Assembly (NCBI GenBank): GCA_030704615.1
Contig: CM060733.1
Span: 60,884,001 to 60,948,000 of the forward strand
Origin: Takakia lepidozioides
Taxonomy: Eukaryota > Plantae > Bryophyta
Direction: 5' to 3'
Length of the DNA: 64,000 nt
A program made the translations under genes and the position numbers. Below the pieces are notes generated by a model. It was given only the letters and a program-made list of their open reading frames with translations, searched no databases and was not told the DNA's origin. Of this stretch, positions 39,903 through 54,200 are shown in pieces (positions within the stretch are counted from its first letter, which is position 1; each line of letters begins with the position of its first letter).

Positions 39903-41660
39903 ATGGGCATTTTGGTGAGAGAGAGGACGCACGAGGCGGCTGTTATACCGAAAGAGCAAAAGAGAGGTGCCATGTGTGTGGAGCTCGACCCTGAGCCTCC
40001 ACTGCCTTGCGGGTGGGAGAAGTGCCTCGACTTGCAGGTGAATCTTGCTTCATCTTTGAACTTTGGAATTGTGATTGATCAATTGTTTTGTTCGTATTTC
40101 ATATTCACACGGCGCTGAAGCGTGCACACATTGCTCAGGAGTTGGTTCAATATCCAGTCGGACCCGTTATCCTCTCTGTGTGCTGAGAGAGAGAGAGCGG
40201 TCCGACTCCTAAGAGGATAGACTGCAAAGTTTGCCGGTGAAAATTTCGCTTTTGTGCACCTGTTAACGGTGCATCTGTTACCAGTTGATTGGTGATTGAA
40301 AAGATTTGCTAGAGCTGACAAAAATGCTGGGTGCTTGTCACTTGCAGTCGGGCCTAATCTACTTCAAAGACTGGAACACGGGGACTCAAACATACAGAGA
40401 CCCCCGACAGAACTTGTCAGTCACCCAACGCATCGGCCTCCTCTCCATCTCTCTTCTTTCGCATGTGACAGAAGGAGATGAGTCCAATGAAACGTCGGCA
40501 ACCACAGTGTTCCAATCCACCAAAGTAACTGGGCCAAGCAAGACCTCTTGCCGAAAGTCCAAGAGGAATGTAGCTCACCATAACCACCGCCGCACTTCGA
40601 CTCCAAGGCTGCCTTTGGCACTCACCATGGGACACACAACGGATGAGGACTCCTCCGATCGCGACAACACTGCGAGCATGGATGAGGATCACGATTATTT
40701 GGATCTGAGCCTGAATCTCCCTGGGCTGAACACTTCTCAGCCGGACCAAAGTGTCTGTACTGTGGAGAAGGTGCGAAATGCGCTCCAACGCTCCCAGTGG
40801 TCGCAGCGGCCCAACGCCAAGAGGGGGTGCTCAGACCTGACCGTAGAACTCTTTGGCAAGCGTTTATCTCTGAACAATCCCTTGTCCACCGTACTTGCTA
40901 TCATGTCTCCCCGACCGTCTTCTTCCGGGGAATCGAACTCTTTCTCGCATGTGGAAGCTTCTTCATCCGCCAAGGGATCCTCTCCATCTGCATCCCCGTG
41001 TTCGTCTGAGTGCCTTACATCACCGTCAGCGATGAGCTATCAAGGTATGTCAATAATTCAACAGTTTCCATGATTTCTTACCAACCGGGCAACGCAGTCT
41101 TTTCGTGCCACCTGCGGCATCAGAGACATGTGCACACAGTCCCTGAGGATAGGTCGCTAATTCTAAAAGGTGTCCGGGGGATACTGACTCTGGGGTCCAA
41201 ACCCATATCCCTCCGGAGCCTCTAAAACATAGGCTCCCTGAGAAAATATCTCTCTGATGGTGGATCTTGCTGGCAATGGTAGATCGTGTTTTCTCCACTG
41301 CAAGAGTACCGCAAATCTGGCTCACGAACGAAAACTTAGAACCGTTCTTACATTGTTGCAGATGATGAGGAGGAAGTCCAGCAACCAGCGCGGGCAGGTC
41401 ATGAGACGGCTGCAGTTGGACGAAAGCAGTTGCAGGAAACTGACGATGAGCAAGAATTTGAGAGAGAGGCAGTGATGGTGGCAGTGGGATGCAAGCACTG
41501 CCTCATGTATGTCATGCTGTCCAAACAGCACCCCAGCTGCCCGAAGTGCGGGAACACAGACGTTCTCCTTGATCTTGCACATCCGATGCCCAAGAGACAG
41601 AGAATGGACATAGATATCAGCCCAACATTGAGCTGGTTGGAAGTAAGGTCCACAGATTGA
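39903..41660 (+). CDS. CFL1: CURLY FLAG LEAF 1-like WW-domain protein with EAR motif and C-terminal CxxC...CxxC zinc ribbon; exons 39903-40037, 40348-41045, 41362-41660
   Basis: PLPCGWEKCLDLQ|SGLIYFKDWNTGTQTYRDPR (WW), LDLSLNL (EAR), SVCTVEKVRNALQR, MVAVGCKHCLMYVMLSKQHPSCPKCG; TATAA near 39510. Confidence 0.9.
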
Positions 41661-43329
41661 TTCAGTGAGTTCCCGTTTTTTCGTCGGGTGAGCAGACTGG
41701 ACTAAACAACTGTTTGGTATGCCAGCTGAGAGATGCTTGACCAATTTTCTGTAAGGCAAGTTGATGAACTGCCAACGGGTTGGTCACATTCTTTTGTACA
41801 CTAAGGCGCAAGTTCACCCCTGTGAACTCGCGCCCCACAGAGAGAGAACTTATTACTTTTGTGATGAGCTTGGCCCTTATACACACAATTTCTGGCGTAA
41901 CAGCTAGTAGGCGTGCATGGCACCCCCCTACCATCGTGCAGCTAGATGCTGGGTATGTGTTTCTAGGTCAGGACCAGTGCTGCTCTACAAGTTGGGCAGC
42001 AACTCGGCCACATCAGTGGAACTTTTTTCGAGACAATTTCGCTTGTGGATACCGTATTCTTTTAGGCTGTGAATAATCATTCCCAGTGCCAAAGGCGTTA
42101 CGTGAGGGTTCGAAACTCTAGCATCAAGGAGTTCCTGAATCACCCACACCATAGCTGGTGCCAGGCCTTCGTATTCAAAACTGTAAAGTTTCTTGATTTC
42201 AATTCATGATGCCGCAAGTGGCCTGCTCAATAAAAGAGCATGTCCGATGCTCTGGACTTGACTGATGCACGTCACGTTAACTACATGTGTACACATGTGC
42301 GATTGTTGTCTATGAAACTTGCCTCATGAGTATTCTCCTCCAACACTTTGTAAACTCTCTCGTGTTTGTGGCAAGATCCTGGCGCTCATTCATTGGTAAT
42401 TTGTGACGAGCAAGGCTGGCTGAGCTATGGTGCCTTTGGTTTGCGTATAAGATACCATGCATCCATTCTTTCAGTGGGCTCTCTGAAGGGAACCTTCCCA
42501 ACTGCAGAATTTGTAACTGTCCACCCACAAATGCAGCGGGACCCATTGCACATGGCTACTTCCAAAGTGATCTCGAGTGTTGGCCTAAGTCTTCCAGTCT
42601 GCTTGGCTCAATATGTTATGAAAACCCGAGCTTTTGAATGCCATCAGTAATCAATTTTGGCACTCAAAGTTTCTCCGATGATGAATAATAGTAATGTTAA
42701 CACCATGGCCTTCACGTCCTCCCTCTTTCAAACCGACTTCCCTCAGCTGGGGTACTTATTCAAAGCTCCCGGTTGAGCCATAAAACAAAAATGGAATAAA
42801 ATTTGAGGCATTCTAACTTACCCTACTTCACGATCTACTCTAGGGACCCTCTCCCTCACGGTGTGTTGCCCTCACCCCTACTTCTGTTTTTGTTGGGTCT
42901 CTAGCAACTAGCAAATGAGGCAGCGGCTAGCCCTGAGCCCTCTGTATACGAAGGGAAAGGGCACTCTTCTCTAGAAGCTGCTTCACATGCCTCTTTCCTG
43001 TTGCTCAGAAGACAAACAGGGCACCTTCTGGCCTCTGTCTTTTGGCAGTGTGCCTCATACCAACCCAAGCCCATTCGTTGCCTTTCTTTATTCCCCCACC
43101 TGGACCATTCGCTGGGCCCATGCCTTTCGCCAGAATTTGGGACCCTTATTTATTCACAGGGGAATGTAAGATGTTAGTCTCTTTCCTCTCAATCTTTTCT
43201 TTTAAGCTACTAAAAACTTCAGGCTGCAGATTTTTCGGACCAAAAGCAAAATGCGCAATTTATATTGATCATTGCAAAGAACTCAATGAGACTACTTAAT
43301 GGAGTTTTGCTTTGTATCAATTAAATTGA

Positions 43330-43790
43330 TATAAAGCTGGTGAGGTTAGGAGATGGTGGTCAAGGATTTGTGATGCACATGAGAAGATGAATGTGGAACA
43401 GTTGAGGTTTTGGTTGGGAAAATGTTCCAAATCATCAGAAATTGTTATGAATGTGATTTTGGCAAAAAACTTTGTAGTAGAACTCTGCCTTTCCATTGGG
43501 GGTCTATTCTTGGCTCATTAAATATCTTTTCTTGGTTTTTCATGCGGCTTAGGAGGATGAGCAAGCTCAAGAGTGGTTCAGCTTGCTTGAGTTCCAGCTT
43601 AGAGATTAGAAAAGGCCAGCTTGATGCTAAGTAGCTGAGGAGCTTAGTAAGCGAGTCAAGTGTATTCAAAAGAGAGTGTGAGAGAGCTTGCTTCCAAATT
43701 AGGTGTGATGGTTTCTTATTTTGCAAAAACAGGCGTTAGAAGGGTTGCAGAGAACTCTTAAGTGGCGGCAAGGATGAAAACTAATGCTCT
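43330..43790 (+). mobile_element. Possible heavily decayed L1-type LINE fragment (endonuclease-RT linker)
   Basis: Stop-ridden, purine-rich coding-like stretch with AEELSKRVKCIQ, resembling the L1 linker motif SRVKWIQEGD. Weak. Confidence 0.3.
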
Positions 43791-43839
43791 TCAAGTTGTG
43801 ACACTAAAGTTTCAACTTCTTTGTCTATATTTTTGTTTC

Positions 43840-44215
43840 TTAAACATACTTCTAGTTACGGGACTACTCTCAATGTTACCCCCCTACCGCCCCCTCATGC
43901 AATTTTATCATCCATTTTACGGAATTCACATATTGCCATGACCGATACCCCAAAACAACCATATTAATTAAACAGAAAAAAAAAAAATATAAATATGCCC
44001 ATCTCATCCTTGTAATTAGACAATAAGGATGGCGCAGTGGCCCTTTAACAATCATCACAATAGGAACCAAAGGTGGTATCCACAACACTAGCCTAAACAC
44101 TCTACATAACAACTTCAATATCCCTACTAAAGATATCCATCAATGCTTCAAAAATATCCATCTCACCGCCATCAGATCCCTTACAGCCATCATCAAAACG
44201 TAAACTAGAACACTT
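43840..44215 (+). mobile_element. 3' fragment of a restriction-like-endonuclease (RLE) non-LTR retrotransposon
   Basis: NILLVTG, frameshift, PPTAPSCNFIIHFTEFTYCHDRYPKTTILIKQK, then KYAHLILVIRQ*GWRSGPLTIITIGTKGGIH...IHLTAIRSLTAII. This fits the RPDIL / E-x-T / K-x-x-KY layout of RLE domains. Confidence 0.7.
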
Positions 44216-44221
44216 AAGCAG

Positions 44222-44356
44222 CCACTTGGCCCCTCATTGACCACGAGAGCGCAGTCCCGAGCTCTCCAGTTTTCCACCGCAAATCAGGGCACAATATCAA
44301 ATCCCTTGTCCCCTTCATCAACATCAACATCAATGGAATCCGACGATAACGACTAG
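44222..44356 (+). pseudogene. 3' remnant of a paralog of the RING-H2 gene at 48800-50814
   Basis: LGPSLTTRAQSRALQFSTANQGTISNPLSP...ESDDND* aligns with LGPSLTTRSRSQALRIGSANQTTASHHLSPDSDDEDSNG* at 50685-50814; the downstream non-coding DNA is also homologous. Confidence 0.75.
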
Positions 44357-44789
44357 GATTTGAATGACTAGCAACGTAGTACGTAGACTTGGTGGATTTT
44401 TGTTGTACATTGAATTTCAGGAACACACTGATAGCACAGCGCCAATTTTGTGTATCCGTCAATTTTGTTAATACACATGTGCGGAATCTCTCCATTTCGA
44501 TTGCATGAGCAACAATTTCTTCATATTTTCACTCGTGTTGATGGGAAAGAAGTGGTTCACCCTCCAAACAAATTACATTGGTCTCATATTCGGTCATGAC
44601 GTGTAAGTGGGTATATAAGCAACTCAGAAAGTTTCAGAAGATGAAACATTCATGAGAACCAATAACAAACGGTTCTCTTCCAAACCACTTGTGGCCTAGT
44701 CTCGTGTTTGATAATCATTTGTATCTAGGTATGAACCACATACCCACAAAGATCTCGAACCCCAAAAATATTCATGTGGATGGAGAACG

Positions 44790-47239
44790 AGTGAACGACT
44801 ACATGAACGTTGGCCCATTGAATGAATTTCGTTCTCGTATTAGTCTAGGACCTGTGTGACAGTATATTGAACATATTGCCAAAGTTTCAAAACATACAAA
44901 AATCATTTGGATGGGCGACCATCCGTTGGCCCATTGAACGAATTTCGTTTGATCTCATATTACTCTGGTACCTGTAACATGATATACTGAACATACTGAC
45001 AAAGTTTCAAAACAAAAAAAAATCATGTGGATGGGCAACCATCCGTTGGCCTATTGAACGAATTTCGTTTCATCTCATATTACTCTGGGACTTGTGAGAC
45101 GGTATACTGAACATACTAGCAAAGTTTCAAAGCAAACAAAAGTCATTTGGATGGCCCACCATCCGTTGGCCCATCGAACGAATTTCGTTTTATCTCGTAT
45201 TACTCTAGGACCTGTTGGACTGCGTTTCGCCTACTTTTGATTTTTGTTTTGCTCAATTCTAGAACTACATACTTAACGACAACATATGCAATGTACGTGC
45301 AAAATTTGGGAGCGAACAAAAGTCATTTGGACCCAAAACCATGCTCATTTGCACTTCAAAGTTGATTTGTCTTCAACTTCATGCACTCTTCTTCATTGCA
45401 ATAGTGAGCGAAGAGAACACCTTTTTTTTTTTCATTTTCATTTGGTCCAAATTTTTGCAAGGATGCACAAGTGTGAGGATTGAATACACAGAACAAAATT
45501 GGGCCAGAAATAAAATCATTACATAGTAGAAACCTGCAATCATAGACATTCTAAGTCTAATTATTTATTTAAAATTCATTTTTAGTCGATCTAATTCAAA
45601 ATTGGTTTGAGGATAAATGCGTCACTGGGGAGGTAATTTTATTTTATTTTATTTATTTATTTTTAAATTCTTCTGTTGAATCTCTACACATGTGTTGCAC
45701 ACATATTCAAGCACTAAAGTTGAGCTTGAACCACATCCGTTGTGAGGGTGCAATAGCCCTTCACCCATAAGAGGATTCATTTGTCCCAATGAGCAAAATT
45801 GGATGAGAGGTGAATGCATCCTTGGCCCATTGAACGAATTTCGTTTCATCTCATATTACTCTGGGACCTGTGAGACGATATACTTAACATATTACCAAAG
45901 TTTCGAAGCAAACAAAAATCATTTGGATGGGCATCCATCCGTTGGCCCATCGAACGAATTTTGTTTGATCTCATATTACTCTACGACCCGTTACATGGTA
46001 TACTGAACATACTGGCAAAGTTTGAAAGCAAACAACAATCATCTGGATGGGTAACCGTCTGTTGGGCCATTGAACGAATTTCGATTGATGTCACATTCGT
46101 CCAGGACCTGTCAGACGGTGTACCGAACATACTGGCAAAGTATCAAAGCAAACAAAAATCATTTGGATGGGCATCCATCCGTTGGCCCATCGAACGAATT
46201 CTGTTTCATCGCGTATTACTCTAGGACTTGTCCGACTGCGTTTCACCTGCTCATGAACTTTGTTTTGCTCCAATCTTGAATCATATGCTTAACGACAACA
46301 TATGCAATGTGTGTGCAAAATTTGGGAGCGAACAAAAGTCATTTGGACCCAAAACCACAATTTCGCGCCTCAATTGCACTTCAAAGTTGATTTGTTTTCA
46401 ACTCCATGCACTCTCCACAAAAAAGTTCTATAATAGTGAGCGAAGAGAAAACTTTTTTTCTTTTTTTTTCTTTTTTTTGTCCAATTTTTTGCAAGGATGT
46501 ACAAGTGTGAGGGTTGAATATTGTATCTGCCTACGCTGTCCGATAATAATTAAATCCAAAAAAAAGCAGTCATAAATTTTGAAATTATTAGCCTTCCAGT
46601 GCCGAGTGTCTTGCATATTCGACCCCAAGACCTATCCTCCCAAAATCTTGTGCACTACCATTACACTAGGCACACACACATGTAGCTAAGCCGCTTTTTT
46701 ATTATTTATGATGAACACTGCCGGAACTGCAGAAAATCCAAAAAAACTTGTCGGACCCCTTCTTCAAGAAAAATTAAACAGTTCGGCAGGGTCCTGATGA
46801 TTAGCATAGGCAAGTACGGTACACAGAACAAAATTGAGCCAGAAACAAAATCATTACGTAGCAGAAACCCGCAATCATAGGCATTCTAAGTCTATTTTTT
46901 ATTTTATTTTATTTTATTTATTTAAAATTTATTTAATTCAAAATTGGTTTAAGGGTGAGTGCGTCGTTGGGGAGGCAAATGTTTTTTTTTTGGTTGAACC
47001 TCTGCACATGTGTTGCACACATATTCAAGCACATGCGAGCTAAATTTGAGCTTAAACCACATCTGTTCTATGGGTGAAATAGTTGTTCACCCATGAGAGG
47101 AGTTTTTTTTTCACAATGAGCAAAATTGGATGACAGGGTGAACGCATGCTTTAGGGGTGCAAATGATGAATGATTTCAATGACTTGAATGATTTTTGATT
47201 GATCTCATATTTGCCCGACACCTATGACATGATATGTTG
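44790..47239 (+). repeat. 120-bp monomer array in ~1-1.3-kb higher-order units (array 1)
   Basis: AATCATTTGGATGGGCAACCATCCGTTGGCCCATTGAACGAATTTCGTTTCATCTCATATTACTCTGGGACC recurs at 44901, 45021 and ~45142; the spacer marker CATGTGTTGCACACATATTCAAGCAC is at 45689 and 47007. Confidence 0.95.
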
Positions 47240-47429
47240 CCCGGTTATCAGTGTCACGTCCGTCAGTCAGCGTCACGTCACGTCAGACCTGACGCTAACG
47301 GACCTCCGTCACGTCAGGTTCCGGGAATATTCTAGTAAAAAAAGTACCAGGTAAAATATTGCCATTTAAGCAGCCACGTCGCCGACACGGTGGCGGTGAC
47401 AAATACATTTTGGAAAATTATAAAATGAA

Positions 47430-48195
47430 AGCGACCGCAAATTTTGGCGGTCGCTTTACATTTCAAAATTTTAGAAATAAGAGCGACCGCCAACATGGTG
47501 TTTGCTTAAAAAAAAATTATAAAAAAAACAAGATTGGCCGTCGCCTAATTTAAAAAAGAAAAATAGCGACCTCCGAATTGGCGGTCGCATAATTTTGAAA
47601 AAATATAAAAAAAAACGACCTTAATATGGCGGTCGCTTTATTTTAAATATATTAAAAAAACCAGCGATCGCCAATATTTTAGATTTACATATAAAAAACC
47701 AGCGACCGCCATAATATGGCGGTCGCTTAATTTCAAAAATATTTAAAAAATGACTGCCATTACTGAAAGTCAATTGTATATTTTTAATTTCTGAAAATAC
47801 AGCGACCGCCAGTAATGGCAGTCATTTATTTATTAAATAGAGCGAACGCCATTACTGGCGCTCTCTCGTATATTTTTAATTTTTGAAAATGCAACGACCG
47901 CCAATAATGGCGGTCGCATTTATTTATTTATTTTTTAAATAGAGCGACCGCCGGCGGTCGCTTTTGTTTTTTAAATAGAGCGACCACCATTACTGGCAGT
48001 CGCTTTTATATTTTTAATTTCTGAAAATGCTGCAACCGCCAGTAATGGCGGTCGCTTTTATTTTTTATTTTTTATAAATAGAATGACCACCATTAAAGGC
48101 AGTCGTTTTGTTTTTTGTTTTTTTTTAAATAGAGCGACCGCCGTTACTAGCGGTCGTTTTTTTTTTTTGTTTTTTAAAATGCAGCGACCGCCATG
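47430..48195. repeat. Left-arm array of about 16 short palindromes AGCGACCGCC-N(0-7)-GGCGGTCGCT in AT-rich spacers
   Basis: Clear units at 47430, 47565, 47701, 47893, 47943, 48032 and 48133, plus degenerate ones. Confidence 0.95.
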
Positions 48196-48799
48196 ACACG
48201 TAGTCATGTGCTAATTTAGGCTATGGAAGCATTCTACAACGACTTCACAGAAATCGCGGAAAAAAAAAACCCCCAAGCCAATGGCATAATAACTATTATG
48301 ACACTTATTCAAACCCGTTTCGTCAATTATAATTTTTCGATCGAAATCGCAGTTCCTTTGTTCTTAGCTTTTCCACGTTTGCTTCAGTATTGTTTAACTT
48401 CCGGTTATTTATTAGTAAACGTCGTTTAGGGTTGCTCCGATTGTTTACAAAATAGCAGAAGGCCAGGACAATCAACATCATGGAAGAGATGACCCCTATG
48501 AACATGGACCGCCCCCTAAGAAAATCAAAGGGTCAAGGCATGACTTAAATGGGGAAGTATATGAAGATCCTAGCATACTAGCAGAAGAGGGATGGGAGGA
48601 TTTTCCGGAAGAGTTCAGGTAGCCGAGCACGAGATGCAAAAAATTCGTGAAATGGTGTCACATCAATCGATTAGCCATATGCTTAATGACAGCATATGCA
48701 ATGTGTGTGCAAAATTTGGGAGTAAACAAAAGTCATTTGGACCCAGAACCATATTTTGTTCTCTCATTTGCACTCCAAAGTTGAGTTATCTTCAGACCT

Positions 48800-50814
48800 A
48801 GGCATGTGGTGCAAACCAGAAACAATTGCGCGGACTCTAGGTCTTTCGTGAACTTGCATTTCCAGCATAAGGCGACTGAGGTGCGTTGCACATTGTGGGG
48901 TGAACGACTCTTAAAGGGCCAAATCCCATACACCTTGGTAGCCATGTTGTACGTGGAGGTGATACTGTTGCGTCCAGTGAATTGACAAACTGTTAGTAGG
49001 AGGAACGCAACGATGCAATACCATTTTGTCGACATCCCGGACACGTTTGGAACACCCCCGACTATGATACTGGGCGTGCGCGAGGCACCGGTACCCCAGA
49101 CTATGATACTGGGCGTGCCCAAGGCATTGGTGCAACAAGTATCTAGAACGTTAGAGGATGAACTGGCGGAAACAAAACAGCGAGTCCGAACCTTGCAGGA
49201 CCTTGTGGAATGGCAAAGACTGCGCATAGTCGAGTTAGAGGATACATTGCAAAATACGCCTCGAAACAATGAAGGCACTGTCCACAATGACATTCGAACG
49301 AACGACGTGGACATGTCCGCGGAGTTTACAATGCCAGATCGCAGTATTAACCGCATCATTGTCGGAATTACGGACGTCCTTGACCTTGAGGCCGATAAAA
49401 CCATGGTTGAAGAACAACGAATTGCGGATGAGAGAAGTAGAAAAGGAAAAGATGCAGTACTGGAAACCGGGGAATGCGAGCATTGTCGGGGTAGATCGAG
49501 CATTGTCGGCCTTGCAACATGTCGCATGCATGTCAAACCGTAGCGTGGATAACATTTATGACAACATGCAAAAGTATAACAATCTCCGCAATGCATCAAG
49601 CATTTTCGCCGGGTACACCAACTGGGCAGATGTGGAGTCTATGTTTGATTGATGTGAGCATAGAATTTCGAGATCGAACAGAAGCATAAACTGGGAATTG
49701 GAGATAGAGGAGGAGTGGGACACCACGCCAAGGATGAGCAGTCATATCAACGCCGACAGGGAGGAGATACCACGAGGCGTTTTGTCGTCAGAGATATCAG
49801 ATGACACAGTTTGTTCGATGTGCAGGAATCTATACGGCCCAGAGGGATGTCATGTACTTGGATCATGTGGACATATGTTCCATCTCACATGTCTTATCCT
49901 GCAATCCTTGCGGACGAGAGTTTGCCCAGAATGTCGTACACCAATCCATGTCGTTTCTATGAGCTGGTGGGCTTGGAAGACAGGATGCCGATAGGTTTTG
50001 AATACAATCGGCACAATCTCCCATTGGATGGGCAACCACATACATTTCTGAATTATGTGCATTGGGGCAAAAACTTGTTGTGGGATGCAGACAGAGAAAT
50101 GCATGGCATACATGCCGAAAACCCAGCATACGTTAAATCACCCCAATATTTCTGGGTCACATCTGATGGGAGATAACGGTGCGTGCTGGAGGCATTCCTG
50201 ATTGGTGGGAGAGATGGCAGTTTTGGGAGGGCATTGGAGTCAGAGAAGGTCGAGGTTTATCCGGCTCCCACATGATCCATGGGTGCCGCACCAGAACGAA
50301 TTGTATAACCGAGAACCGATTGGGAGACATTTGTTGTTGTCCGAATTAGAAGTTGTTGTAATATGTCAATGTCAATTGAGGGCAACGTACGAGCAGACTC
50401 TTCTTTGGGACGACATAATGATTAGGGACATGGCCCGCGAGAGGCAATTGGAAAGTTTCAAGGGTACCATCAAGACAGTTGTAGAGGAATGGAGGCGACT
50501 ATGGACAGACCGTTTTCATCGTGTTTCGAGGGCTTTGTTGTCGGATGTGGACGGCCTCGTTGCCAATTTACGTGCAGCCCAAGCACGCGCCGTCGATCCA
50601 CCTCCACCATATCGTGAGATTCTGCAAGAAAGTCAACTTTCGCCGTAAAATAAGCGGATGCTGACCAGAATTGATCACATGTCATTGGGCCCCTCATTGA
50701 CCACGAGATCACGGTCCCAGGCTCTCCGTATTGGCAGTGCAAATCAGACCACAGCATCACATCACTTGTCCCCGGACAGTGACGACGAGGATTCGAATGG
50801 GTAGCAACGTAGAA
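48800..50814 (+). pseudogene. Disrupted gene for a coiled-coil plus RING-H2 (putative E3 ligase) protein
   Basis: Consecutive frames broken by stops and frameshifts: AMLYVEVILLRPVN*QTV, coiled coil LEDELAETKQRVRTLQDLVEWQRLRIVELEDTLQ, C-x2-C-x14-C-x-H-x2-H-x2-C-x10-C-x2-C at ~49812-49934, RFYELVGL, LGGHWS, acidic tail. Confidence 0.8.
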
Positions 50815-51229
50815 CATAGACAATGTGGATTTTTGTTGTACCCTGAATTTCTGGAACACACAGATAGCACTCCGCCAATTTTGTATTTGCACCAATTTTG
50901 TTAATACACATGTGCGGCATCTGCAAATTTCAATTGCGTGAGCAGCGTAACGCGTTTTCTTCCGGTTTTGCACTCATGTGATGGGGAAGAAGTGGTTCAC
51001 CCTCAAATTTACAATGGTGTAATATTTGGTCATGACATGTATGTGGCCCATCTGCAATGAACTCCGAAAGATGGGCAACAAGGAAAATAGATGTTAACCA
51101 ATAAGTTACAATAAGTTACGAACGCTCGTCTTCCTGACAAATTTCGCCTAGTCTCGTATTTCATAATCATGTCGAAAATTCGATCTACGTATAAAGAACA
51201 TACCCACAAAGTTAATGAAGCACAATATA

Positions 51230-54200
51230 ATTTTGATTGATTTCATATTACTCTGGGATTTATCAGATGGTACATTGGACATACTGGCCAAGTCTCGAAG
51301 CGAACGAAAATCATTTGGATGGGTAACCATCCGTTGGGCCATTGGACGAATTTCGTTTCATCTCATATTACTCTGGGACCTCTTAGATGGTACCTTGAAC
51401 ACATTGGCAAAGTTTGAAAGCGAACCAAAATCATTTGGATGGGCAACCATCTGTTCACCCATCGAATAAGTTTCGATTGATCTCATATTAGTCTGGGACC
51501 TGTGAGAAGGTATACCGAACGTACTGGCAAAGTTTGCAAGCAAACAAAAATGATTTGGATGGGCAACCATCCGTTCAACCGTTGACTGAATTCCGTTTGA
51601 TGTGCTATTACTCTGGGACCTGTTGGACGGTGTTTCGCGTGCACATAATTTCATTCCGTTTTTGAACCATATGTCTAATGACGACATATGCAACGTGCGG
51701 GCCAAATTTCATAGCGAATAAAAAGTCATTAGGACCCAAAACCACAGTTTCTTCCCTAATTTGCACTCCAAACTTGATTTGACTTCTACTTCATGCACTT
51801 TTCATAGAGAATTCCATAATAGTGAGGAGAACACTTTTAAATTTTTCCATTTTTGTTTGGTCTAAAATTTTGCAAAGATGTAGCGGTAGTAGGGTTGAAG
51901 CCAGAGAACAAGATTGAGACAAAAATAAAATCGTTACGTAAAAGAAAACCCCAATCAAAGACAATGTAAACCTATTTATTTGCTTGAAATTCATTTAAAC
52001 TCAATTTAATTACAAATTGGTGGAATGGCGAGGGCGTGGTTGGGGAGACAAATGTTTGTTGCTTCTATTGGTTCTCCGCACATGTGTTGCACACATATTC
52101 AAGCACATGCGGGCAAAAGATGGGCATCAACCTCATCCATTCAATGGGTGCATTCGCCGTTCACCCATGACAAGGATTTTTTTTTTCCGCAATGAACAAA
52201 ATTGGATGACACGTGAACGCCTCATTGGCCCATTGAACGAATTTCGATTGATCTCATATTACTCTAGGACATGTCAGATGGTACATTGGACATACTGGCC
52301 AAGTCTCGAAGCGAACGAAAATCATTTGGATGGGCAACCATCTGTTGGCCCATTGGACGAATTTCATTTCATCTCATATTACTCTGAGACCTCTTACATG
52401 GTACATTGAGCACACTGGCAAAGTCTGAATGTGAACCAAAATTGTTCGGATGGGCAACCATCCGTTCATCCATCGAATGAATTTCAATTGATCTCATATT
52501 AGTCCGGACCTGTGAGAGGGTGTACCGAACGTACTGGCAAAATTTGCAAACAAACAAAAATGGTTTGGATGGGCAACCATCCGTTCAACTGTTGGATGAA
52601 TTCCGTTTGATGTGTTATTACTCTGGGACCTGTTGGACGGTGTTTCGCGTGCACATGATTTTTTTTTCATTCCGTTTTTGAACCATATGTCTAATGACGA
52701 CGTATGCAACGTGCGTGCCAAATTTCATAGCAAACAAAAGTCATTATGATCCAAAACCATAGTTTCTTCCATAATTTGCACTCCAAACTTGATTTGTCTT
52801 TTACTATATGCACTGTTCATAGAGAGTTCTCCAATAGTAAGCGAAGAGAACATTTTTTTTAAAAATCATTTTTAATTGGTCCAAAGTTTTGCAGGGATGT
52901 AGCGGTGGGAAGGTTGAAGCCAAAGAACAAGATTGAGACAAAAATAAAATCGTTACGTAGCAGAAAACCGCAATCAAAGACAGTGTAAACCTATTTATTT
53001 GCTTGAAATTCATTTAAACTCAATTTTGTTGCAAATTGGCGGAAGGGCGAGGGCGTGGTTGGGGAGACAAATGTTTGTTGCTTCTCTTGTTTCTCCGCAC
53101 ATGTGTTGCACACATATTCAAGCACATGCGGGCAAAAGATGAGCCTCAACCTCATCCGTTCAATGGGTGCATTACCCGTTCACCCGTGACAAGATTTCTT
53201 TATCGCAATGAACAAAATTAGATGACACGTGAACGCCTCATTGGACGAATTCCGTTTCATCTCATATTACTCTGGGACCTCTTATATGGTACATTGAACA
53301 CACTGGCAAAGTCTCAAAACGAACCAAAATCATTTGAATGGGCAACCATCTGTTCAGCCATCGAATGAATTTTGTTTCATCTCATATTAGTCTAGGACCT
53401 GATACATGATATGTTGAACATAATGGCAAAGTTTGAAAGCAAACGAAAATCATTTGGATGGTCAACCATTCGACCGCCATTCTTTTTCGCAATGAGCAAA
53501 ACTTCATGATAGGTGAACGCGCCGTTGGCCCATTGAACGAATTTCGTTTTATTTTATATTACTCAGGGACCTGTGCGACAGTATATTGAAGACGCTGCGG
53601 AAGTTTCGAAGCGAATGAAAATCATTTAGATGGGCATCCATCCGTTGGCCCATCAAACAAATTTTGTTTCATCTCATATTACACTGGGACCCGTCTTATG
53701 ATATGTTGAACATATTGGCAAAGTTTGAAAGCAAACCAAACTCATCTGGATGGGCAACCAACTGTTGGGCCATTGAACGAATTTCGATTGATGTCATACT
53801 CGTACGGACCTGTGAGACGACGTACCGAACATACTGGCAAAGTTTGAAAGTAAACAAAAATCATTCAGATGGCCAACCATCCGTTGTCCAATCGAATAAA
53901 TTTCGTTTCATCTCGTATGACTCCCGGACTTGTTGGGCTGCGTTTCGTCTGCTCATGATTTGTTTTTGGCTCCATTCTTGAACCACTGGCTTGAAGACAA
54001 CATATGCAATGTGCATGCAAACTTTGGGAGCAATCAAAAGTCATTTGGATACTAAACCACAATTTTGCGCCTCATATGGACTCCAAAGTGGATTTGTCTT
54101 CAACTTCATGCACTCAAACAAAAATGAAAAAAAAAAAAAAAAAAAAAAACGTTGTGTTCGCTCACTGTTGCAGAACTTTCTATCTCCATGACAGGTGAAT

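Noticed and set aside
48733-49599. 288-aa minus-strand ORF
   Set aside because: Antisense shadow of the plus-strand coiled-coil/RING pseudogene; no motif of its own.
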